Positions 1 through 7,353 of a stretch of 14,314 nt of DNA are shown here, one piece after another. The stretch spans positions 1-14,314 of the forward strand of contig CAXGWI010000094.1 of NCBI GenBank assembly GCA_964013405.1, given 5' to 3'. The stretch's first letter is position 1. Each line of letters begins with the position of its first letter. Both the position numbers and the translations under genes were made by a program. The DNA is from an uncultured Myxococcales bacterium. GTDB taxonomy: Bacteria > Myxococcota > UBA4151. Below the pieces are notes generated by a model. The model made no database searches. It was not told the DNA's origin and saw only the letters and a list, made by a program, of their open reading frames with translations.

Positions 1-1276
1 ATGGGCTATGTAGGCTTGCCATTGGCCTTAAGTTTCATTCGGGGGGGGCTGCAGCGTCCTTGGCCTAGACATCGACGAAGAGAAGGTGTCGGCCCTGAAC
101 GCCGGTGCCTCGTACCTGGGGCACATCCCAGATGAGCAGATCGCTGCCGCTGTCGCCACCGGCCGTTTCGAAGCCACGTTGGACTTCAGCCGCTGTGCTG
201 AGGTGGACGCGGTGATCATCGCTGTTCCCACGCCGCTGAGCGCCCACCGGGACCCGGACTTGAGCTATGTGGAAGCCACATGCCGAGCCATCGGCCCCCA
301 TTTAAAGGCCGGAACCCTCGTTATCCTTGAGTCGACGACCTATCCTGGCACCTGCCGAGAGGTGATGATTCCTATCCTCGAACAAGAGAGCGAGCACACC
401 GTCGGCGAGGGCATCGAGATCGCTTACTCCCCTGAGCGTGAAGACCCGGGCAATATCGACTTCGAGACCCAGACGATTCCGAAACTGGTGGGGGGGCAGA
501 GCCCAGCCGTGACTGCGCGGGCCGTGACATTGTACAAGAAGGCCCTCGATCTCGTCATTCCCGTGGACAGCATGGAAATCGCCGAGTTGGCCAAGCTGTT
601 CGAGAATATCTTCCGGGCCGTCAACATCGCACTCGTGAACGAAATGAAGGTGCTTTGTGATCGGATGGACGTGGATGTCTGGAAGGTCATCGATGCGGCC
701 GGCACCAAGCCCTTCGGCTTCATGAAGTTTACGCCGGGGCCTGGGATCGGCGGGCATTGTATTCCCGTCGACCCGTTCTATCTCACCTGGAAGGCGAAGG
801 AGTACGGTATCAACACCCGCTTCATCGAGCTGGCAGGCGAGGTGAACAGAGGCATGCCCCAATACGTGATCGACCGTTTGCGAGAGGCCTTGAGTGAGGA
901 CCGAAAGGCGCTGACCGGTGCGAAAGTGCTCGTGCTCGGTGTGGCTTACAAGAAGGGCGTTGAGGACATGCGGGAAAGCCCCTCGCTGGACTTGATTGAG
1001 TTGCTGCTCAATGCCGGTGCTGATGTGCGGTACCACGACCCCTTCGTGCCCTCCCTTCCCCAGATGCGGAAACATGACCTCGCCTTGGGCGGCTCGCGCC
1101 CATTGACCGACGCGCTGCTCGCCGAGTCCGACGCGGTGCTCATCGCAACAGACCATGACGAAGTCGATTACCAGCAGGTGATCGACCAGGCTCGACTCGT
1201 CGTCGATACCCGTAATGCTGTCCGGGCTCAGTTGGGTGCGCAGGTCCAAGGGCGAGCCCGGTTGGTTCATGCCTAA
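1..1276 (+). CDS. wbpA: Nucleotide-sugar dehydrogenase (UDP-N-acetyl-D-glucosamine 6-dehydrogenase, WbpA/WecC/TviB family); probably 5'-partial, with an apparent frameshift at G8 (41-48)
   Basis: Frame 1 from base 1 reads MGYVGLPLALSFIRGG (tail of the Rossmann GxGYVG motif). Frame 2 from about 47 reads GCSVLGLDIDEEKV and continues through the 86..1276 ORF with family motifs AVPTP, ESTTYPG, SPEREDPG, KLFENIFRAVNIALVNE, catalytic GGHCIPVDP and LGVAYKKGVEDMRESP. The segment GGHCIPVDPFYLTWKAKEYG closely resembles Pseudomonas WbpA as I recall it; the exact substrate is inferred. Confidence 0.9.
41..48 (+). repeat. G8 homopolymer at the frame-1 to frame-2 switch of the dehydrogenase gene
   Basis: Bases 41-48 are gggggggg. 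With G7 the sequence reads CGG GGG GGC TGC (R-G-G-C) and joins both halves in one frame. With G8, frame 1 stops at TGA 133-135; frame 2 is closed upstream by TAG 11-13 and TAA 29-31. Confidence 0.85.
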
Positions 1277-2939
1277 ACAGGAGTCATCGCCAGGGGCACC
1301 ACCGTCCACCGGGACGGCGAGTCCACCCCGTGTGGTCATGACGGTCTTCAACACCTTTCAGCACGACACTCGGGTCTACAAGCAGTGCCGGAGTTTGTTG
1401 GAGTGGGGCTGCGAGGTGGATGTGGTCTGCATTCACAAGGGGGACCTTCCGCGGGAAGAGACCCAGGATGGGATCCGGGTCCATCGAGTCTCGCCAAGCC
1501 CATTTGCTTTGGTTCGCCTGTTGCTCTTCCTCGTCTACTGGCCGAGCACCGCGCTGATGCGCCGCTTGCTCAACCGCAAGCCTCCTCAGCCCGCGGCCGT
1601 GGTCGCCGGGCCCGGAAGGCTCCGGCGTATCATCCGGTGGATCTTGTGGCCGATTAGCGCCCCCTATCGGGGGTTTCGCTGGCTGGTATCGAAGCGCCCA
1701 AGACGCTGGCCTTCGTGGACGGCACCGGAAGCCTGGCCCCGTGGGCTTGCCTGGATTGCAGTGATCATTCGTTGGTGCGGCTGGTATCTGCTCTATCGGC
1801 CAACGGTTTTGAGCCTACGTCGTTTTCGACTCGCTCGTCGGGGGTTTCGCCGCTGGAGGGTCCGAAACCGATTGACCATGCGACACGCCCGGAAATTTGG
1901 TCGGCGTCTCATCCTGAAGCTCTTTCATCCGGCCATCATCGTGAACCTGGCCGGATTGGATCTGGCTCGTAAGGCCATTTCGCTGCGCCCGACGTTGATC
2001 CTCTCCCACGACCTCAACACCCTCTTGGCCGGTGTCATCGTGAAGCGAATGTGTGAGGTGCCACTGGTTTATGACAGCCACGAGTTGTACCTTGAGCGCA
2101 ACATCGGCAATCGTAGCCGGAGCATCGACCGGTTCTTCTGGAGTCGGGTGGAGCGTCGCTGCATGAAGCGAGTGGACCTCGCATTCAGCGTCGCCCAGGG
2201 AATTTGTGACTGGTTAGCCGAGCGCTACGACCACCCGGACGTCCGTTTGATCCGCAACGTTCAGCCTTTCGAGCCGCCGTCGACACCCTCTGAGCGGTGG
2301 CAACGAGAGCTGGGGATTCCGGAAGGAACGCCGATCGGGATCTATGCCGGCGCGATCACGATCAACCGTGGCATTGAGCAACTGATCGATTCCGCCGCCC
2401 ATCTGAAACACATGGCCTACGTGATCATGGGCTATGCCTTCCAGGAAGCCTATCTCGAAGGGTTGACCACCCGGGCCCGCGAACTTGGGGTTTTGAACGA
2501 ACGGGTCTTCTTCAAGGATGCGGTGCCCATGGATCAGGTGATCGCCGTCGTTGCCAGTGCCCGAGTGAGCGTCGTTCCGACGCAGAACGTCTGCTTGAGC
2601 TACTTCTTCGAGGCATCAAACAAGATCTTTCATTCGCTGATGGCTGGGGTTCCGGTGGCGATGAGCGATCATGCAGAAAAGCGGATGATCGCGGACAACT
2701 ACAAGGTGGGTGTCCTTTTTGATGAAACGGATCCAGCGGGGATCGCACGTGCTGTCGAAGGCTTTGTCATGGATGAGGATGTCCATGCCAAGGCCGCGGC
2801 AAACTGCTTGGAGGCTGCCAAGGAGCTCAACTGGGAACATGAAGAGTTTCGCTACCGTCAAGCTATGAAGGGCTTGCTGGGGGACGGGGTCGGCCCGGTG
2901 CCTCCTGTGCAATTCTCCACCAAGGAAGCAGCGAACTGA
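1269..2939 (+). CDS. Glycosyltransferase family 4 (GT-B fold), with an Arg/Trp-rich internal insert
   Basis: N-terminal RVVMTV...DTRVYKQCRSLLEWGCEVDVVC, SHDLNTL, PLVYDSHELY, IYAGAITINRGIEQLI and C-terminal SNKIFHSLMAGVPV...NWE are typical GT4 elements. The start is taken as ATG 1269, which overlaps the upstream TAA (1274-1276), rather than 1215. Confidence 0.88.
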   Translation: MPKQESSPGAPPSTGTASPPRVVMTVFNTFQHDTRVYKQCRSLLEWGCEVDVVCIHKGDLPREETQDGIRVHRVSPSPFALVRLLLFLVYWPSTALMRRLLNRKPPQPAAVVAGPGRLRRIIRWILWPISAPYRGFRWLVSKRPRRWPSWTAPEAWPRGLAWIAVIIRWCGWYLLYRPTVLSLRRFRLARRGFRRWRVRNRLTMRHARKFGRRLILKLFHPAIIVNLAGLDLARKAISLRPTLILSHDLNTLLAGVIVKRMCEVPLVYDSHELYLERNIGNRSRSIDRFFWSRVERRCMKRVDLAFSVAQGICDWLAERYDHPDVRLIRNVQPFEPPSTPSERWQRELGIPEGTPIGIYAGAITINRGIEQLIDSAAHLKHMAYVIMGYAFQEAYLEGLTTRARELGVLNERVFFKDAVPMDQVIAVVASARVSVVPTQNVCLSYFFEASNKIFHSLMAGVPVAMSDHAEKRMIADNYKVGVLFDETDPAGIARAVEGFVMDEDVHAKAAANCLEAAKELNWEHEEFRYRQAMKGLLGDGVGPVPPVQFSTKEAAN

Positions 2940-3997
2940 TGCGTTTGACCGGCTACCGTAAAGTCTCGACCTGGATGGCTCGAGACACCCTGCTCCGTTA
3001 TCCCGTCGCCAATATCCTCGGGACCGGGCTGAACTTCGGTGGCATGGCTGTTCAGGTGGCTGCCGTGACCTTAGCTTTGCTCTATGCCCGTCGCCTCGAG
3101 ACCAACCAGCCCGTGCAACTGCTCGGCGAGAGTTACCTGCCCCAATCGTCGACGACACTTCTTTATGCGGTGGGCGCTGGGGCCGGACTGCTCCTTTTGG
3201 TCTCTTCCCTCATGACATGGTGGGGGCAGAAGCTGATCCTCAATCTGCGCCGCCGGTATTATGAGTTCTGTATGGATCGCTTGTTTGGACTGCTGCACGA
3301 GCGGGGAGCGCCGCCGCAGTTGGAAGATCGAGAGCAGCAAGTCCGGGCCTTGTTTATGCTGATTCGGCGGGATGGTCTGTATTGTAGTCGATATTACGGT
3401 GCCCTCATCGGAGCTGTTGTGCCCGGGGTGACGGCATCTGTCGCCTTGGTGACACTCATGGTGACCGATTGGCCCCTGACCATTGCGCTCATCTTGGTCA
3501 TGTTTCTGGCCCTCCCGTTCATCTACCGTGGTAATAAGGTTTCGAGCGCTTTGTCGAACCAAGTGGACCAGCGGGCGCCCAGTTGCTCCGTGGAGTTGAA
3601 AGACCAACTTCGCCAAACCCTCGATGAGGGCGGCGATGAGCGGGAGACGCCCCGGCCAGCCAGTGACGGCTGGATGGATGCATACATGGGCCGGTTAGGC
3701 GCAGCGATTCATTCCGATCTCGTGGTGAACCTCATCATGAGTGTGGCGATCGCTGCCTTGGTGGTCGGTGTGGGTTATCAAACGATCACCAGCCACACCG
3801 GGTGGGGACGCATCGCCATCTACTTGGTGGCATTGCGCTACTTCCTCGTCCACTTGAAGGGCTTCGCTCGCTGCATCACAACCATGAATCAGTTTTACGC
3901 CCAAGCCAGCCGTTACCGGGCCTATGTGGTCGACGGTCTCGTGCCGATAGAGGCGGCGGTATTGGCTGACTTGGACGATGGCAGTGAGGATCTTTAG
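2939..3997 (+). CDS. Integral membrane protein resembling an ABC exporter transmembrane domain (about 6 hydrophobic segments), with no nucleotide-binding domain
   Basis: TGATG stop/start overlap with the GT4 gene. The spacing of hydrophobic helices and the linker LRRRYYEFCMDRLFGLL resemble type-IV ABC (MsbA/PglK-like) TMDs. No Walker A/B or LSGGQ motif in 352 aa. The CDS is solid; the family call is moderate. Confidence 0.6.
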   Translation: MRLTGYRKVSTWMARDTLLRYPVANILGTGLNFGGMAVQVAAVTLALLYARRLETNQPVQLLGESYLPQSSTTLLYAVGAGAGLLLLVSSLMTWWGQKLILNLRRRYYEFCMDRLFGLLHERGAPPQLEDREQQVRALFMLIRRDGLYCSRYYGALIGAVVPGVTASVALVTLMVTDWPLTIALILVMFLALPFIYRGNKVSSALSNQVDQRAPSCSVELKDQLRQTLDEGGDERETPRPASDGWMDAYMGRLGAAIHSDLVVNLIMSVAIAALVVGVGYQTITSHTGWGRIAIYLVALRYFLVHLKGFARCITTMNQFYAQASRYRAYVVDGLVPIEAAVLADLDDGSEDL

Positions 3998-5654
3998 CCC
4001 AGGTACACCTCTTCCCGAAGTCGAGGGGAGCCTCCGATCCGGCAGCGTGGAAGCGGCCGGGCTACGGGCCCGCTGGCTGGGCTTCATCTTCGAACTGGGC
4101 GTGGCGCCGGGCCAAGCCACAGTCACCCGCTACCTGCACGCGCTCGCCACTCAGACCGGCAACTTCGTGGACCGGGTCCAGGCGGCTTTTGGAGGTCCTG
4201 GCCGACGACTGCGTGGTCAGTACCTATTGGTTTTAGAAGACATCGAATCTGGTCATCGCTGCGCGTTTATCGACCACGCGGGCATGTTCAAAGCCTGTGT
4301 GGCCGGCGAGACCCTCAGTGGTGATTATCTATCCCTCGTCGACCATCTGGGACAGGGAGCAAAGGACCTCGATTTGGTTGGGGCTGTGGAGTTCTTGAAC
4401 CTGGGCCATGTCGGCGAGCGACGGACCCTAACCCAGGGCATTACCCATCTCGGCCACGAAGAGCTCCTCTGCTGGACTGATCGCGGATTAGAGCGTCTCG
4501 ACAAGGGCTTGGGGGGGCTGGAAGAGCCCGTTCCGATTGGCCTCAGAGACTACTTCGAGGGGCTTGCCGCCAGCTTGGCCACAGAGACTGTGAGTGTGGA
4601 TTTGACCGGCGGATTCGACTCCCGCTTGGTCGCTGCCCTCTTGCACGATTGTGGTCTCGACTTTGAAGTCAGCCTTTCTGGGCGACCGGAGAATCAAGAT
4701 GTTCATCTGGCTCAGGAGGTTGCCAAAGCGATGGGTAAGCCTCTGGCGGTACACATGCATACGCCCCAGGGTGTTGAGACGGCTCTCACTGGACTGTTTC
4801 ACTATCTCGATGGCCACGGCGACCTCATCCCTTACCACCGAATTCATCAATGGCAGGCGGCCAAACGTGACCGTGGCGTGACCGTGGCTGTCAGTGGGGC
4901 CGGCGGTGAGAATTTTAATGATTACTGGTGGCTGCAGGATTTCCCGCGCTACGGCAGCAAGACAAGCCGGCTCGGCCGGCTCTATGATCTGCGCATGTGT
5001 GCGAGCCCAGTCCCGCAGGGGCACCTCAGTTCAGAAGCCGCCATGGCCAGCCGCCAACTCCGTGCTCGGCGCTTGGATGCCCTCGAGTTCTGCCGGCGAG
5101 AGACCAACACCCAGACTTATGATTGCACCTTCACCCTGCAGCGAATGCCGATTCTGGCGGGGCGAAGCCTGACCAGCACGACCATGAATTGTTTGCCTGT
5201 TACCGCCCCGCTGCTGGACTGGGATTTGGCATCGCTGGCCTATCAGTTGCCGATAAGGCAGCGCTTGGGGCGCCGGTTTCACCGGCAGTGGATCACAAAG
5301 ATTCATCCTGGGATGGCCCGATGCCCAAGCACGAACCGAGTCAGCACAGCTTGGTCTCGGGAGGCTTTGCTCCTCGATCCACCTCGCTATGTGGCCGACC
5401 TCTCCCTGCGCTTGGCCAATAAGTTGAGTACCCGGTTTCTTGGTAAAGCCTTCCTCCATGACAGCCCAGATCATGCCGAGACCCGCAGCCTGATTCGACA
5501 GTCGAAGACGGCAGAAGGACTTGTGACCCGGTGTATCGAAGCTGGAATTTTGGCTGAGACCATGGATGCGCAGCGGCTGCGCCTCGGTGACCTCGGTCGC
5601 GTGCTCTGCATCGGTTTGCTTCTTGAGCACCTCGACCACAGCAGACAAGCCTAG
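3978..5654 (+). CDS. Asparagine-synthetase-like ATP pyrophosphatase (PP-loop) ligase, probable polysaccharide amidation or amino-acylation enzyme
   Basis: PP-loop SVDLTGGFDSRLVAA, VSGAGGE (the SGxGxDE equivalent), APLLDWDL and the linker AVEFLNLGHVGERRTLTQGI are typical of AsnB-like proteins. It overlaps the upstream gene by 20 nt and has no Cys at position 2. Confidence 0.78.
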   Translation: MAVRIFSPGTPLPEVEGSLRSGSVEAAGLRARWLGFIFELGVAPGQATVTRYLHALATQTGNFVDRVQAAFGGPGRRLRGQYLLVLEDIESGHRCAFIDHAGMFKACVAGETLSGDYLSLVDHLGQGAKDLDLVGAVEFLNLGHVGERRTLTQGITHLGHEELLCWTDRGLERLDKGLGGLEEPVPIGLRDYFEGLAASLATETVSVDLTGGFDSRLVAALLHDCGLDFEVSLSGRPENQDVHLAQEVAKAMGKPLAVHMHTPQGVETALTGLFHYLDGHGDLIPYHRIHQWQAAKRDRGVTVAVSGAGGENFNDYWWLQDFPRYGSKTSRLGRLYDLRMCASPVPQGHLSSEAAMASRQLRARRLDALEFCRRETNTQTYDCTFTLQRMPILAGRSLTSTTMNCLPVTAPLLDWDLASLAYQLPIRQRLGRRFHRQWITKIHPGMARCPSTNRVSTAWSREALLLDPPRYVADLSLRLANKLSTRFLGKAFLHDSPDHAETRSLIRQSKTAEGLVTRCIEAGILAETMDAQRLRLGDLGRVLCIGLLLEHLDHSRQA

Positions 5655-7351
5655 GGCGATTGGGCCTCAATCCATTGGGCCACTTGCTCCCGCTCCAGGT
5701 GGACGAGGAGCATGCAGAGGTCACCGGGCTGGGTGCAGTCCATGGCCGCTTCTAAGGCGGCGACCTCATCGCGAACAATCTTGATTTGCGCCGCTGATAT
5801 GCCCCGGCTCAAGAGGCCGGCTTGAATCAAGTGGGGAACCTCTAGGTCGGCCCGCCCTCGTTCATATCCAGTCATCTCTCGAATGATCACCTGGTCCGGT
5901 TGCACGGCGGCGAGGGTTGCCGCCAGGTCGAGGATTTCTTCGTCGAGTCGGTCGCCAGCCTGACCCAAGCTGACACAGAGACGGGAGTTTGGGCGCTGGT
6001 CGAGGAGCGATTGGGCGAGACCTAAGATGGCTTCAAGCCCATGGGGGTTGTGGCCAAAGTCGAGCAACAGGCGACGGCCAGCAACTTCCAGGAGTTGGCA
6101 GCGTCCCGGGTTATCCTGTGGGGCTGCACCGAAGCCGCTCAGGGCCTCAGCCACCTTGTCGAGGGGCAGCCCAAGGGAGCTCGCTGCTGCACTGGCGGCC
6201 AAGGCATTGCTAATGTTGTGTCTGGCTGCGCCACCAAAGGCGCAGGGCATGTCGGCTGCGGCCATCAGGCGGTGTTCGTCGTCGCCGATCCGCTGGACAA
6301 GATGATCGTCGCTCAGGAGCCAAGCCTCGCCACCCCGGCTGCAATGGGTCTGGATCACCGGGTTCGCCTCGTCGAGACCGAAGAGGATGAGTGGGCTGTC
6401 GTACTGGTTTAGGAGGGCGGTAAGCCGGGGATCGTCGGCGTTGATGACTCGATGGCCGGCCTGATCCACGGCGGCACAAATGAGATTCTTCACCTGGGCC
6501 ATGGCCTCGACATCGTGGATGCCGTAGTCGCCCAGGTGATCGGCAGCCACATTGGTCACGACGGCAACATCACAACGCTCCACGGCTAAACCCCGCCGCA
6601 GAAGTCCGCCGCGGGCGGTCTCCAAAACCGCCGCGTCGACTTCGGTATGGCGTAAGGCCAGGCGGGCGGCGCCGGTTCCTGTCCAATCGCCCTCCTCCAC
6701 GACGCGCTCATCGATGCAGACGCCGTCCGTTGACGTCGAACCCACGGTAAAACCCGCTGTCTTCATGATTCTTGTCAGCATGCGAGACGTGGTTGTTTTG
6801 CCGTTGGTTCCCGTGACGAGGGCGACGGGAATGGGCCTGTAGCGCTGCCAGTCGATCGTCGCCGGATCGGGGAGGGAGCGAGCCGGCCAAACTTGACTGT
6901 GGCGACCGTAACCTAGGGAGATCTCGTCATCATCCCAGAGGAAGGGGCAATCCTTGTGGTCGGCTGCCCGCTGCAGGGCGATGACCGCCGGGTTGAGTTC
7001 TTCTTCCAGCGACTGAGTAATGTGTTCGACCGCTGTTTCTAGATCTGGCTCAGGCTGCCCAAGGCGCAGCGCATTTGCCGCCTCGATGGCCCATTCGTTC
7101 ATTTCCGTCGCCGCATACAGTTGGTCGATCGGCGCAACAAAGCCGATGGAGGCCCCCCCTTCAAAGGTCCTTTGGAAGGATTCACAGTGGTCCAGACCGA
7201 AACGGCTGCACATCCGCGCCAGGGCTTGCAACCACAGGTCAAGGCTGGCGGCTGCATCCTCGTCGGCCTCAAAGCAGACGTCTGCGATCGCACTGGGCCC
7301 TGGCCCCTGAAGGTTCGTTCCGGTCAGTCGGCGAGAGTTCTTGATCTCCAT
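5651..7351 (-). CDS. CphA-like Mur-ligase-family protein (degenerate CphA N-domain plus M domain; ATP-grasp domain absent)
   Basis: P-loop VTGTNGKTTT (aa 179-188) and motifs GDWTG, ETARGGLLRRGL, NVAADHLG, INADD, HNISNALAA, PGR, DFGHNP and GDRLDEEI each match a motif in the adjacent CphA. The N-terminal RRLTGTN parallels CphA RVFRGPN. The ATG lies 2 nt after the cphA stop. Confidence 0.88.
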   Translation of the reverse strand: MEIKNSRRLTGTNLQGPGPSAIADVCFEADEDAAASLDLWLQALARMCSRFGLDHCESFQRTFEGGASIGFVAPIDQLYAATEMNEWAIEAANALRLGQPEPDLETAVEHITQSLEEELNPAVIALQRAADHKDCPFLWDDDEISLGYGRHSQVWPARSLPDPATIDWQRYRPIPVALVTGTNGKTTTSRMLTRIMKTAGFTVGSTSTDGVCIDERVVEEGDWTGTGAARLALRHTEVDAAVLETARGGLLRRGLAVERCDVAVVTNVAADHLGDYGIHDVEAMAQVKNLICAAVDQAGHRVINADDPRLTALLNQYDSPLILFGLDEANPVIQTHCSRGGEAWLLSDDHLVQRIGDDEHRLMAAADMPCAFGGAARHNISNALAASAAASSLGLPLDKVAEALSGFGAAPQDNPGRCQLLEVAGRRLLLDFGHNPHGLEAILGLAQSLLDQRPNSRLCVSLGQAGDRLDEEILDLAATLAAVQPDQVIIREMTGYERGRADLEVPHLIQAGLLSRGISAAQIKIVRDEVAALEAAMDCTQPGDLCMLLVHLEREQVAQWIEAQSP

Positions 7352-7353
7352 GC

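Noticed and set aside
86..88. GTG 86 as the true start of the dehydrogenase
   Set aside because: It would omit the NAD-binding GYVG strand-helix, which is present upstream in frame 1.
490..496. G7 run in the dehydrogenase as a second slippage site
   Set aside because: It is in frame and encodes the conserved KLVGG motif, so protein sequence explains it.
1215..1268. ATG 1215 as GT4 start
   Set aside because: It gives a 62-nt overlap with the dehydrogenase and non-family sequence. ATG 1269, overlapping the stop, is more plausible; ATG 1338 cannot be fully excluded.
302..1354. 350-aa minus-strand ORF and the many other 60-205 aa ORFs nested in or antisense to the main genes
   Set aside because: They overlap well-supported genes completely and carry no recognisable motifs. 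Long shadow ORFs are expected in GC-rich coding DNA.
5651..7351. Calling this gene murE/murF, cphA2 or a cphA pseudogene
   Set aside because: Its motifs match CphA M domains (ETARGG, DHLG) and there is no dcw context. CphA2 keeps the ATP-grasp domain, which is absent here. The ORF is uninterrupted with intact catalytic motifs.
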